A stretch of DNA of 64,000 bases from Candidatus Eiseniibacteriota bacterium (GTDB taxonomy: Bacteria; Eisenbacteria; RBG-16-71-46): assembly GCA_046327815.1 (NCBI GenBank), contig JAXLXR010000001.1:260185-324184 (forward strand), read 5' to 3'. Both the position numbers and the translations under genes were made by a program. Shown here piece by piece: positions 20,147 through 30,860 of the stretch (the first letter of the stretch is position 1; every line of letters begins with the position of its first letter). The notes below the pieces were generated by a model. That model ran no database searches and was not told where the DNA came from. It worked only from the letters and a program-made list of their open reading frames with translations.

Positions 20147-20401
20147 GTGAGGAAGCTCACCTGCCAGGAAGTGCTCGACCAGCTCTGGGAGTACCTCGAC
20201 GAGGACGCGCGCGCCGAACTGTGCGCGGAGATCGAAGGCCACCTGACCGGTTGTTGCCATTGCCGCGTCGAGGTGGACAGCATCCGCAAGACCGTCCTGC
20301 TGTTCCGTGCCGGGGACGAGACCTGCACCCCGATCCAGCTTTCCGAGCGGCTGCGTACCGCCCTCGACGTCGCCTACCGCGAGCACGGCGCCGACGATTG
20401 A
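20147..20401 (+). CDS. zf-HC2 putative anti-sigma factor (ChrR/RsrA-like zinc-binding), orphan
   Basis: 84 aa with HLTGCCHC and C...C motifs typical of zinc-finger anti-sigma factors; no ECF sigma gene adjacent. Confidence 0.65.
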   Translation: MRKLTCQEVLDQLWEYLDEDARAELCAEIEGHLTGCCHCRVEVDSIRKTVLLFRAGDETCTPIQLSERLRTALDVAYREHGADD

Positions 20402-20506
20402 CCGGCCCGAGCGGCCCCCGTACAGTTTTGCCGGCCCTGTTCCAGACGCCCGTGGGGTGAGCCCCGCGGGCCGTCTCATGTCCGCCCTCACCCGGGTCGG
20501 GAAATC

Positions 20507-21556
20507 ATGAAGCGCGTCGGCATCATCGGGTTACCGCAGTCCGGCAAGACCACCGTGTTCGAGATCCTGATGCAGGGGGCCGGTGCCGCTGCGCCCGCGG
20601 GCGCCTCCGCCAAGGACCGGGTCGGCGTCGTGAAGGTGCCCGACGCCCGCATCGACCGCCTGAGCGCGATGTTCCAACCCAAGAAGACCACGTACACGAC
20701 GATCCAGTTCGTGGACAGCGCCGCCGCCGGTCACGGCCGCCCGGGCAAGGGGCAGGACCTGTTCGCGGGCGTGCGCCAGTGTGACGCGCTGCTGGCCGTG
20801 GTGCGCGACTTCGAGAACCCGCTCGTGCCGCTCGAGAAGGGCGTGAACGCCGCCCGCGACCTGCGCGACCTCGACGCCGAACTCGTCCTCAACGACCTCG
20901 CCGTGGTGGAGACCCGGCTGGAGCGGATCGAGAAGGAACTGCGCATCGGCAAGAAGGAGGCGGCCGCGGAGGGCGAGGCGCTGCAGAAGTGCCGCACCGC
21001 GCTCGACGCCGAGAAGCCACTCCGCCAGGTCGAGTTCAGCGCCGAGGAGCACCGGCTGCTGCGCGGCTTCCAGTTCCTGACGCTCAAGCCGCTGCTCGTG
21101 CTGTTCAACCAGGACGAGCACTCCAGCGGGCAGCCGTCCGACCCCGGTCCGGGCGCGCTCGCGGTGGTGCTGCGCGCCTCGGCCGAGCGCGAGATCGTCG
21201 CGCTGCCGCTCGAGGAGCGCGAGATGTTCCGCGCCGAGATGGGCGTGACCGAGGACGGGCTGTCGCTCGTGATCCGCTCGTGCTACCAGCTGCTGGGCCT
21301 GATCTCGTTCTTCACCGTGGGCCCGGACGAGGTCCGGGCGTGGGAGATCCAGCGCGGCGACAAGGCCGTGGACGCCGCCGGGGCGATCCATTCCGACCTC
21401 GCGCGCGGCTTCATTCGTGCCGAAGTGGTGGCGTACGAGCAGCTGGTGGAACTGGGTGGGCATGCGAAGGCGAGGGAGAAGGGCGTCCTGAGGCTGGAGG
21501 GCCGCGACTACCTCGTGCACGACGGCGACTGCATGGAAATCCGGCACAACGCGTGA
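20507..21556 (+). CDS. ychF: ribosome-binding ATPase YchF (Obg-family GTPase)
   Basis: N-terminal GIIGLPQSGKTTVF G1 motif; C-terminal TGS domain (YLVHDGDCMEIRHN). Confidence 0.92.
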   Translation: MKRVGIIGLPQSGKTTVFEILMQGAGAAAPAGASAKDRVGVVKVPDARIDRLSAMFQPKKTTYTTIQFVDSAAAGHGRPGKGQDLFAGVRQCDALLAVVRDFENPLVPLEKGVNAARDLRDLDAELVLNDLAVVETRLERIEKELRIGKKEAAAEGEALQKCRTALDAEKPLRQVEFSAEEHRLLRGFQFLTLKPLLVLFNQDEHSSGQPSDPGPGALAVVLRASAEREIVALPLEEREMFRAEMGVTEDGLSLVIRSCYQLLGLISFFTVGPDEVRAWEIQRGDKAVDAAGAIHSDLARGFIRAEVVAYEQLVELGGHAKAREKGVLRLEGRDYLVHDGDCMEIRHNA

Positions 21557-21612
21557 AGTCCGGTGTAGGCGGAGCGGCGCGGAACGTCCCGCGCGACCGC
21601 AAGGAGAAACCG

Positions 21613-22200
21613 ATGTCTCGTGGACGCACCCTCGTCTTCACCCTGTTCGCCGCGATCCTGACGCTCGCCGCGCTCGTGCCCACCGCGCATGCCGGCCTCG
21701 CGCTCGACCGCTGGAAGGGGCACATCGCCTTCGGCTACGGCAAGCTCGTGTCCGACACGCTCGCCCCGGCCGGGTCGCTCTCGGCCGCCGCGGGCATCGA
21801 GTATCCCGTGCGCCCGAACTGGCGCGTCGGCCCGACGCTGTCGTTCCACCTGCTCGGTTCGAGCAACACCAAGCGTGGGAGCGTCACCTGCGGCGTGGAC
21901 TACAGCGTCGTGGACGTGGCGCTCATGGCCACCTGGCTGCCCCAGCGCTCGTGGGTGTCGCGCGTGTCGTTCGGGCCCGGCGTGGCGAGCGCGCACGCCG
22001 ACCTCGCGATCGCGGCGGGCGGCGCGGCGTTCTCCGACCTCGCGGTGCAGCAGGCGAGTCCCGAGTTCGCGCTGGACGTCACGCTGATGCCGCGCCGCAT
22101 GAAGGTGGTGGGCATCGGAGCCGAACTCGGCACGCGCATCTTCCCGACCGACCCGGGTGTCTGGAGCGTCTGGACGGGGCGCGTGGCGATCCACTTCTGA
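21613..22200 (+). CDS. outer-membrane beta-barrel protein (OmpW/OMP_b-brl-like)
   Basis: AAGGAG RBS then ATG; signal peptide (AALVPTAHA); alternating amphipathic strands; C-terminal aromatic residue F. Confidence 0.6.
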   Translation: MSRGRTLVFTLFAAILTLAALVPTAHAGLALDRWKGHIAFGYGKLVSDTLAPAGSLSAAAGIEYPVRPNWRVGPTLSFHLLGSSNTKRGSVTCGVDYSVVDVALMATWLPQRSWVSRVSFGPGVASAHADLAIAAGGAAFSDLAVQQASPEFALDVTLMPRRMKVVGIGAELGTRIFPTDPGVWSVWTGRVAIHF

Positions 22201-22213
22201 GCCCGGCCACCGC

Positions 22214-23956
22214 GTGAGCCTGCGCCGCCACTGGGGCCTCGCCGCCATCCTGGTCGTCGCGCTGATCGTGCGCGTGATCGGGCTGGGCTACGGGCTGCCG
22301 TGGCTGTTCTACTTCCACGACGAGCCGCAGGTCGTGCTGCGTGCGCTCCGCCTCGGCACCGGCGACCTGAACCCGCACTTCTTCGGCTGGCCCGGCATCC
22401 TGCTGTTCTACGTCGCGCTGCTCAGTTTCATCGGGCTGTTCGTGTGGGGGCGGCTGACCGGACTGTGGCGCAACGCCGGCGGGTTCGCGAACGCCTACTT
22501 CAAGGACCCGAGCGCGTTCTACGTGCTCGCCCGGCTGCAGAGCGTGGCGAGCGGCGTGTGGACCGTGTACCTCACGTACGGGCTCGGCTCCACCGCCTAC
22601 TCGACCGCGGTCGGCACCGGCGCGGCGCTCGCCATGGCGGTGTCCGCGCTGCACGCGCACTATTCGCACCTCGCGCACCCGGTGATCGTGCTCACGGCGT
22701 TCGTGTCGCTGGGGCTCTGGGCTTGCGTGCGGCTCGCGGTGGACGGCGGGGCGCACGAGTTCCGCATCCTCGCGATCGCACTGGGACTGGGCACCGCGGC
22801 GCAGTACCACGCCGCGCTGCTCGCCGTGCCGCTCGCGATCGCCATGCTGCTGCGCATCGCCGGCGAGCCGAAGCGCATGTGGCACTGGCTGGGCGCGGCG
22901 TTCCTCACGGGGCTCGCCGGGATCGCGATCCACCTGATCCTGTCGCCGTTCACGGTGCTCGACTACAAGCAGTTCCTGCACGACCTGTCGTACGAGGCGG
23001 CGAAGGCCTCGGGCGGTTCGTCGGGACCACGCGCGCCGGCGCGCGCGATCCTGTCGTTCATCAGCGACGCGCTCGTGCCGTCGCTCAGCATGCCGCTGCT
23101 CGTGCTCGGCGGCGTCGGCGCGCTGGCCGCCTTCATCCGCCGCAAGCCCGCGGATCTCGTGCTGCTGTCGTTCGTGGGCATCTACTTCCTGGTCATGGCG
23201 CGCTCGGGGCTGGTGAACGACCGCTACGGCCTGCCGCTCGTCATGCCGGGGCTGCTGTTCGCGGCACGCCTCGTCGAGGAGTTCGTGTTCCGCATGCCGG
23301 CACGCTGGCGCCGCGGCTGGTACACGCCGGCGATCATGGCGCTGCTGTCGGTGCCGTCGGCGTTCACGCTCGCCGAACAGGACTACACCATGACGCGCGG
23401 CGACACGCGCATCGAGTCGCTGCGCTGGTTCGAGGCGCACGTGCCGTTCGACGACCGCGTCGTGATCGACATGCACCGCTACCGCAACACCGCCAGCCCG
23501 CCGCTCAACGAGAACACCGTGCGGCTCAAGGAGCGCATCGAGGAAGTGCAGAAGGGCGTCGAGGGTTCGGGCAGCAGCCGCGCCTACGAGCCGTTCTTCC
23601 GCTACTGGCTCGAGCACCCGCGCCCGAACGCGTACTACCTGATGAGCACGAACATGGGCTACGACGCCAAGCGGCTCGACCAGTACGTGCGCGAGGGTTA
23701 CCGCTGGGCGGTCGTGAGCGTCGAGGCGCGCGAGATGCACGAGCGCTTCGCGGCGGGCGGCGACAGCTCGCACGTGCGCTACTACCTCGACCTCGACCGC
23801 GACGCGAAGCTCGTGGCCGAGTTCAAGGCGCGCCGCTGGCACACGCTGGGTCCCGAGATCCGCGTCTACCGGCTGCCCGACCACCCGAGCGGCCGGGCCG
23901 ACACCACCACCGCGGCCCCGGCGTCGCCCGCGCCCGAGGCCCCCGGCGAGCCGTAG
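22214..23956 (+). CDS. GT-C fold glycosyltransferase, PMT/ArnT family (GT39/GT83-like)
   Basis: Polytopic membrane protein; N-terminal loop DEPQV in the position of the catalytic DE motif of PMT/ArnT; GTG 22214 after OMP stop. Confidence 0.65.
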   Translation: MSLRRHWGLAAILVVALIVRVIGLGYGLPWLFYFHDEPQVVLRALRLGTGDLNPHFFGWPGILLFYVALLSFIGLFVWGRLTGLWRNAGGFANAYFKDPSAFYVLARLQSVASGVWTVYLTYGLGSTAYSTAVGTGAALAMAVSALHAHYSHLAHPVIVLTAFVSLGLWACVRLAVDGGAHEFRILAIALGLGTAAQYHAALLAVPLAIAMLLRIAGEPKRMWHWLGAAFLTGLAGIAIHLILSPFTVLDYKQFLHDLSYEAAKASGGSSGPRAPARAILSFISDALVPSLSMPLLVLGGVGALAAFIRRKPADLVLLSFVGIYFLVMARSGLVNDRYGLPLVMPGLLFAARLVEEFVFRMPARWRRGWYTPAIMALLSVPSAFTLAEQDYTMTRGDTRIESLRWFEAHVPFDDRVVIDMHRYRNTASPPLNENTVRLKERIEEVQKGVEGSGSSRAYEPFFRYWLEHPRPNAYYLMSTNMGYDAKRLDQYVREGYRWAVVSVEAREMHERFAAGGDSSHVRYYLDLDRDAKLVAEFKARRWHTLGPEIRVYRLPDHPSGRADTTTAAPASPAPEAPGEP

Positions 23957-24019
23957 TCCGGCCGGGGCCTGACCGGGGCGGGACTTTTGACGCCCCTCGG
24001 GGCCGGGCCGTATCTTCAC

Positions 24020-24155
24020 CCGGCTTTTCTCCTTCGGGGCGGGGCGCAAGTCCCCACCGGCGGTACAGCCCGCGAGCCGCGCCGGAAGTCGGCGAGGCAG
24101 ACCCGGTGGAACTCCGGGGCCGACCGTGAAAGTCGGGATGGAAGAAGGGGAGGCC
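24020..24155 (+). ncRNA. FMN riboswitch (RFN element)
   Basis: CTTCGGGGCGGGGCGCAAGTCCCCACCGGCGGTACAGCCCGCGAGCC...GCAGACCCGGTGGAACTCCGGGGCCGACCGTGAAAGTCGGGATGGAAGAAGG matches the RFN consensus; lies directly upstream of ribD. Confidence 0.88.
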
Positions 24156-24233
24156 GAACGATTCCGGCCAGCCGGCGCCCGCGTCACGGGCCCCGGCCGT
24201 CCGGCGTCTTTCGCGACCTCCGGCTTGTTCCGT

Positions 24234-24271
24234 CGACCCCGTGGGAGCGCCCACGGGGTTTCTTCGTTCTT
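24234..24271 (+). terminator. riboswitch expression-platform intrinsic terminator
   Basis: CCCCGTGGG-AGCG-CCCACGGGG hairpin followed by TTTCTTCGTTCTTT, 15 nt before the ribD start. Confidence 0.75.
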
Positions 24272-24286
24272 TGCCAGCGAGGCCAC

Positions 24287-25387
24287 ATGGCTGTCCGTTC
24301 CGCGGATCGAACCCACATGCTGCGCGCCCTGCGCCTGGCCGTGCGCGGGCGTGGGCGGACGGCGCCGAACCCGATGGTGGGCGCGGTCTTGGTGCGGAAC
24401 GGTGAAGTGGTCGGTGAGGGCTGGCACCGGCAGCACGGGAGCGCACACGCCGAAGTCGAGGCGTTGGCCGCCGCCGGCCGCCGCGCCCGTGGCGCGACGC
24501 TCTACGTGACGCTCGAACCCTGCGCGCACCACGGCAAGACGCCGCCGTGCACCGAGGCGCTGGTGGCCGCGGGCGTGCGCCGCTGCGTGGTGGCGCTGCG
24601 CGACCCGCACGACATCGTGAACGGCCGCGGGCTGCGCAAGCTGCGCGCCGCGGGGATCGCGGTCGAGGTCGGGCTCTGCGCCGACGAGGCGCGCGAACTG
24701 CTGGGCGGCTACGTGAGCGCCTGCGAACAGGGGCGACCGCGCGTGACCTGGAAGGTGGCGGCTTCGCTCGACGGCCGCATCGCCGACGCGCGGGGCCGCA
24801 GCAAGTGGATCACCGGCGCGGAGGCCCGCCGCCGTGGTCACGCGCTGCGCGCCGCCGCGGACGCGATCGTGGTGGGCGCCAACACCGCGCGCGCCGACGA
24901 CCCTCGGCTCACCGCGCGGCTCGGGCGTGGTACGCCGCAGCCGCTGCGCGTGGTGTGCGACAGCCGCCTGTCGCTGCCGCTCACGTTGAAGCTGTTCCGC
25001 GCCCCGCTCGCCGAGGGCACCGTGGTCGCGTGCGGCCGTGCCGCCGGCGCCGCGAAGGTGCGGGCGCTCGAAGCGCGCGGCGTGCAGGTCTGGCGCCTGC
25101 CGCTAGTGGGCGGCCGAGTGTCGCCGCGCGCGCTCGCGCAGCGGCTCGCCGTCGCGGGCCGGCACGAAGTGCTGCTCGAGGGCGGGGCCGTGCTCGGGCG
25201 GGCGTGGCTGCGCGCCGGGCTCGTGGATCGCATCGCGTTGTTCGTGGCGCCCTGCCTGCTCGGCGAAGGGCTGAGCTGGCTTGCGGGCGAGGGCTGGCCG
25301 CTGGCGCGGGCGCCGCGGGGCCGCATCGTGTCGCTCGAGCGCGCGGGAGCCGACGCGCTGCTCACCGTGGCCGTGGGAGGGAAGTGA
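24287..25387 (+). CDS. ribD: bifunctional diaminohydroxyphosphoribosylaminopyrimidine deaminase / 5-amino-6-(5-phosphoribosylamino)uracil reductase
   Basis: CMP/dCMP deaminase zinc motifs HAE...PCAHHGKTPPC; C-terminal RibD reductase domain. Confidence 0.92.
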   Translation: MAVRSADRTHMLRALRLAVRGRGRTAPNPMVGAVLVRNGEVVGEGWHRQHGSAHAEVEALAAAGRRARGATLYVTLEPCAHHGKTPPCTEALVAAGVRRCVVALRDPHDIVNGRGLRKLRAAGIAVEVGLCADEARELLGGYVSACEQGRPRVTWKVAASLDGRIADARGRSKWITGAEARRRGHALRAAADAIVVGANTARADDPRLTARLGRGTPQPLRVVCDSRLSLPLTLKLFRAPLAEGTVVACGRAAGAAKVRALEARGVQVWRLPLVGGRVSPRALAQRLAVAGRHEVLLEGGAVLGRAWLRAGLVDRIALFVAPCLLGEGLSWLAGEGWPLARAPRGRIVSLERAGADALLTVAVGGK

Positions 25388-25389
25388 CG

Positions 25390-25997
25390 ATGTTCACCGG
25401 CATCATCGAGGAACTCGGGCGCGTGGCCGCCCGCGAGGACCGGCCCGACGGCCGCCGCTTCTGGATCGAGGCGCCGCTCGTGTCCGAGGGGCTCGCGATC
25501 GGCGATTCGGTCGCGCACGGCGGCTGCTGCCTGACCGTGGTGGCGCGCGAGGGGGCGCGCTACGCCGTCGAGGCGGTGCCCGAGACGCTGCGGCTCACGA
25601 CGCTCGGCGACTGGCGCGAGGGCGACGCCGTCAATCTCGAGCGCTCCGTCGCGATGGGCGCGCGCCTCGGCGGGCACCTCGTGCAGGGGCACGTGGACGG
25701 CGTCGGCGAGGTGGTCGCCGTGACGCCCGAGGGCGACGGCCGGCGCGTGGCGCTGCGCGTGCCCGAGCCGCTGCGCCGATTCGTGGCGCACAAGGGCTCG
25801 CTCGCCGTGGACGGCGTCAGCCTGACCGTGGCCGCGCTCACCGCGGACGGCTGCGAAATCGCCTACATTCCGCACACGCTCGCGGTCACCACGGCCGGTA
25901 CCTACGTGCCGGGGCGACGCGTGCATCTCGAAGTGGACCTGCTGGCGCGCTACCTGGCGCGACTGCTGGAGGAAACCGGCATGCCCGGGAGGAACTC

Positions 25998-26001
<4 letters not shown>
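25390..26001 (+). CDS. ribE: riboflavin synthase alpha subunit
   Basis: MFTGIIEELG start and internal duplicated lumazine-binding halves. Confidence 0.9.
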
Positions 26002-27325
<1,324 letters not shown>

Positions 27326-27329
<4 letters not shown>

Positions 27330-27802
27330 GCCCGATCCACCGGCGTCCCGAAGCGGACGCGAACGGCCTGCGCTTCTGCCTCGTGGCCGCGCAATGGAAC
27401 GAAGCGATCGTGAACCGCCTCGTCGAGGGCGCGCTCGGCGTGCTCGCGGCGCAGGGCGCGCGCGACGAGGACATCGAGGTGCGCTGGGTGCCGGGCAGCT
27501 TCGAGCTGCCGGTCGCGGCGTTCTGGGCGGCGGGCTCGGGCGAGTTCGACGCGGTGCTCGCGTTCGGCTGCGTGATCCGCGGCGAGACCGAGCACTTCCG
27601 CATCGTCGCCGACGCCGCGGCGCAGGGGCTGCTGCGCGTCGCGCTCGACACCGGCGTGCCGGTGCTGAACGGCGTGCTCGCCACCTACGACGCCGCGCAG
27701 GCGGAGTCGCGCGCGGGCGGTGAACACGGCAACACGGGATCGCAGACCGCGCTCGCCGCGATCCGCATGGCGCGCGCCGCGCGGGAAGCGGGGACGCGAT
27801 GA
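27326..27802 (+). CDS. ribH: 6,7-dimethyl-8-ribityllumazine synthase
   Basis: Lumazine synthase fold (RFCLVAAQWNEAIVNRL...GSFELP...GVPVLNGVL). Confidence 0.9.
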
Positions 27803-28227
27803 CCGCCTCCACCACCGGCCGGCGCCGAGCGCGCGAAGTGGCGTTCCGCGTCGCGTTCCAGGCCGACGTCGCCGGCGACACCTACGCGCTCGCGTGGAAG
27901 CTGCGGCGCGAGGAAGAGGCGCTCAGCGACGACCAGACCGAACTGATCGAGGACATCGTGCGGCTACTCGAGGCGCGCGGCCCCGAAGTGGACACCGCGC
28001 TGCGCGAGTCGGCCGAGCACTGGCCTCTGCAGCGGCTCGCCGCCACCGACCGCGCGGTGCTGCGCATCGCGGTGGCCGAGCTGCTCGCGCGCCCGGGTTC
28101 GCCCGCGCGCGTCGTGCTCGACGAGGCGATCGACATGGCCGGCACGTACGGCGGCGACGAATCGGGGCGCTTCGTGAACGGCGTGCTCGACCGCGCCGCG
28201 CGCGCGCTCCGGCCGGGAGAGTTCTGA
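27799..28227 (+). CDS. nusB: transcription antitermination factor NusB
   Basis: 142 aa; AREVAFRVAFQ N-terminus; position after ribH as in many bacteria. Confidence 0.85.
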   Translation: MTASTTGRRRAREVAFRVAFQADVAGDTYALAWKLRREEEALSDDQTELIEDIVRLLEARGPEVDTALRESAEHWPLQRLAATDRAVLRIAVAELLARPGSPARVVLDEAIDMAGTYGGDESGRFVNGVLDRAARALRPGEF

Positions 28228-28952
28228 TGCTCCACGCGCTCGTCTCCGACATCCACGGCAACCTCGACGCGCTCGACACCGTGCTCGCCGACCTCGCGAA
28301 GCGGGGCGTCACGAGCATGGCGTGCCTCGGCGATTTCGTCGGCTACGGCGCCGCGCCCAACGAATGCATCGAGCGCCTGCGTCCGCTGATCGAGACCGCG
28401 GTCGCCGGCAATCACGACATGGCCGCGTCGGGCCGCATCAAGCTCGGCTACTTCAACGACGACGCCGCGCACGCCGCGCGCTGGACCATGGATGCGCTCA
28501 CCGAGGCGCACCTCGAATGGCTGCGTGCGCTGCCGCTGTCGGTGGCGTGGAAGGGCGTGCGACTGGTGCACAGCTCGCCCGCGGAACCCGAGGAGTGGCA
28601 CTACGTGCTCTCGCCCGGGGACGCCGCGTTCGAGATGGAGTCCTGCGAGGAGCGCATCTGCTTCATCGGGCACTCGCACTACCCGGGCACGTTCGTGCTC
28701 GACGGCGACTTCGTGAGCTACACGCGCGACCTCAAGGTCGCGGCGATGCCCGGCAAGCGCTACCTGATCAACGTCGCGAGCGTCGGCCAGCCGCGCGACG
28801 GCGACCCGCGCGCGGGCTACCTGCTGTACGACGACGAGCGCCTCACGTTCGAGCACGTGCGGCTCGACTACGACATCCCGGCCGCGATGAAGCGCATTCG
28901 CGACGCCGGGCTGCCGCCGTTCCTCGCGAACCGGCTGCAGTGGGGCGAGTAG
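28227..28952 (+). CDS. metallophosphoesterase (calcineurin-like phosphodiesterase, YfcE-like)
   Basis: Metal-ligand motifs DIHGN, GDFVGYG, GNHD, GHSH; ATG overlaps nusB stop. Confidence 0.8.
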   Translation: MLHALVSDIHGNLDALDTVLADLAKRGVTSMACLGDFVGYGAAPNECIERLRPLIETAVAGNHDMAASGRIKLGYFNDDAAHAARWTMDALTEAHLEWLRALPLSVAWKGVRLVHSSPAEPEEWHYVLSPGDAAFEMESCEERICFIGHSHYPGTFVLDGDFVSYTRDLKVAAMPGKRYLINVASVGQPRDGDPRAGYLLYDDERLTFEHVRLDYDIPAAMKRIRDAGLPPFLANRLQWGE

Positions 28953-28968
28953 GACTCCGGAGGGACAC

Positions 28969-29745
28969 ATGGCGCGCGCATCCACGCTGGATCACTGGGA
29001 GTCGTACTGGAAGGGCCACGCGACCGACATCGAGGACACGTACTCGACCGGCGGGCGGCTCGTGCGCGAAACGCTCGCGGACGGTCCGGTCGCGGGCAAG
29101 TGGGTGATGGAGATCGGCGCGGGTTCGGGCCGCGACCTGATCGAACTCGCGCGCATGGGCGCGCGGGGCATCGTGCTCGACTACTCGCCGGCCTCGCTCG
29201 CGCTGGTGAAGCGCCAGGCCGAGGCGCAGGGCGTGCCCGTGATGCTCGTGCAGGCCGACGCCACGCGCATGCCGTTCCGCGACCAGTCCATCGACGTGTC
29301 GTTCCACCAGGGCCTGCTCGAGCACTTCCGCGACCCGATGCCGCTGCTGAACGAGAACGCGCGAGTGACCGCGCGCGGCGGCCGCATGATCGTGGACGTG
29401 CCGCAGACGTTCCACCTGTACACGCTCATGAAGAACGTGCTCATCCTGCTGAACAAGTGGTTCGCGGGCTGGGAAACGCAGTTCACTCCGGCGCAGCTCG
29501 AGACGCTCTGCGCGTCCACCGGACTCGAGGTCGTGCGCACGTACGGCGACTGGATGGTGCCCGGGCTCTGGTACCGCGTGACGCGCGAGGTGCTCAAGCG
29601 CGGGCTCGGGATCCGGCTGCCGCTGCACCCGAAGGGCCCGGCGTTCTGGTCGAACGGCTGGGACGCGCTGCGCGCATCGTGGCGCGGGCAGCGCTGGGCG
29701 CTGTGGACGAGCCACGTCATCGGCACGGTGGCCCGCCGCCCATGA
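28969..29745 (+). CDS. class I SAM-dependent methyltransferase
   Basis: SAM-binding motif I VMEIGAGSGRD and acidic motif II VLDYSP. Confidence 0.75.
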   Translation: MARASTLDHWESYWKGHATDIEDTYSTGGRLVRETLADGPVAGKWVMEIGAGSGRDLIELARMGARGIVLDYSPASLALVKRQAEAQGVPVMLVQADATRMPFRDQSIDVSFHQGLLEHFRDPMPLLNENARVTARGGRMIVDVPQTFHLYTLMKNVLILLNKWFAGWETQFTPAQLETLCASTGLEVVRTYGDWMVPGLWYRVTREVLKRGLGIRLPLHPKGPAFWSNGWDALRASWRGQRWALWTSHVIGTVARRP

Positions 29746-30860
29746 ACCGTCCGCGCCACCTGCTCGCCGTGAACTTCCGCGACCCCGCGCATCCCGAGGC
29801 GGGCGGCGCGGAGCTGCACCTCGAGGAGATCCTGCTCGAGGCGGTGCGGCGCGGCTGGCGCGTGACGTGGCTCGCGAGCGGTTTCGTGAACGCTCCCTCC
29901 GAGGCCGAGCACCGCGGCATGCGCATCGTGCGCCGCGGCGACTGGTGGAACTTCAACCTCGTCGTCCCGCGCGTGCTGCATGCGGAGTTCTCGGGCACGA
30001 ACCAGCCCGACCTGGTCGTCGAGGACATCAACAAGGTGCCGTGCTTCTGCGCCCAGTACACGCAGGCGCCCGTCGCCGTGATCGTGCCGCACCTGTTCGG
30101 CACGACCGCGTTCCAGGAAGCGAACGCCGTGGTCGCCGCGTACGTGGTGCTGCTCGAGAAGCTGATCCCGTCCGCGTACCGCGGCTCGCGCTTCCTCGCG
30201 ATCTCCGAAAGCACGCGCGACGACCTCGTCGCGCGCGGCGTGCCCGCGTCGCGCATCGCGGTGGTGCACTGCGGTCTCGACCACGAACGCTACTTCGCCG
30301 ATCCCGGCGTGGCGAAGACGCCCGAGCCGACGCTCGTCTACGTCGGCCGGCTGCGCCGCTACAAGGGGCTCGACTGGGTCATCCGCACGCTGCCGCGGCT
30401 GCGCTCGTGGGTGCCGAAGCTGAAGCTGCACGTGATCGGCGACGGCCCGTGGCAGGGCGAGCTCGTGAAGCAGGCGGCCGCCTGCGGCGTGGCCGACATG
30501 GTCGAGTTCCGAGGCTTCCTGCCCGCGCGCGAGAAGGTGCCGACGATCCAGTCGGCGTGGGCGCTGGTGCAGCCGAGCCCCAAGGAGGGCTGGGGGCTCA
30601 CGGTGGTGGAGGCCGGCGCGTGCGCGACCGCGGTGGTCGCGGCCGACAGCCCGGGCCTGCGCGACTCCGTGCGCCGCGACCAGACCGGGTTGCTCGTGCC
30701 GTTCGGTGACGACGTCGCGCTCGCCGACGCGATCGCGCGCGTGTGCACGGAACCCGCGCTGCGCGACTCGCTCGCGAGTGCGGGCGTGCAGTGGGCGTCG
30801 GGATTCCGCTGGGACGATTGCGCGCGCCGGTCGCTCGACGCGCTGGCGGGGGAGGGCTGA
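29742..30860 (+). CDS. glycosyltransferase family 4
   Basis: GT-B C-terminal domain with EGWGLTVVEAGACATAVVAADSPGLRDSV (E-X7-E). Confidence 0.8.
   Translation: MNRPRHLLAVNFRDPAHPEAGGAELHLEEILLEAVRRGWRVTWLASGFVNAPSEAEHRGMRIVRRGDWWNFNLVVPRVLHAEFSGTNQPDLVVEDINKVPCFCAQYTQAPVAVIVPHLFGTTAFQEANAVVAAYVVLLEKLIPSAYRGSRFLAISESTRDDLVARGVPASRIAVVHCGLDHERYFADPGVAKTPEPTLVYVGRLRRYKGLDWVIRTLPRLRSWVPKLKLHVIGDGPWQGELVKQAAACGVADMVEFRGFLPAREKVPTIQSAWALVQPSPKEGWGLTVVEAGACATAVVAADSPGLRDSVRRDQTGLLVPFGDDVALADAIARVCTEPALRDSLASAGVQWASGFRWDDCARRSLDALAGEG

Noticed and set aside
20989-21612. 5' extension of the OMP gene in track ORF 20989..22200 (403 aa)
   Set aside because: The upstream 208 codons overlap ychF in another frame and are Arg/Ala-rich; AAGGAG RBS and ATG at 21613 followed by a signal peptide mark the real start.
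19837-23956. Genomic island integrated at tRNA-Lys
   Set aside because: No integrase, no direct repeat of the tRNA 3' end found downstream, and the flanking genes include housekeeping ychF.
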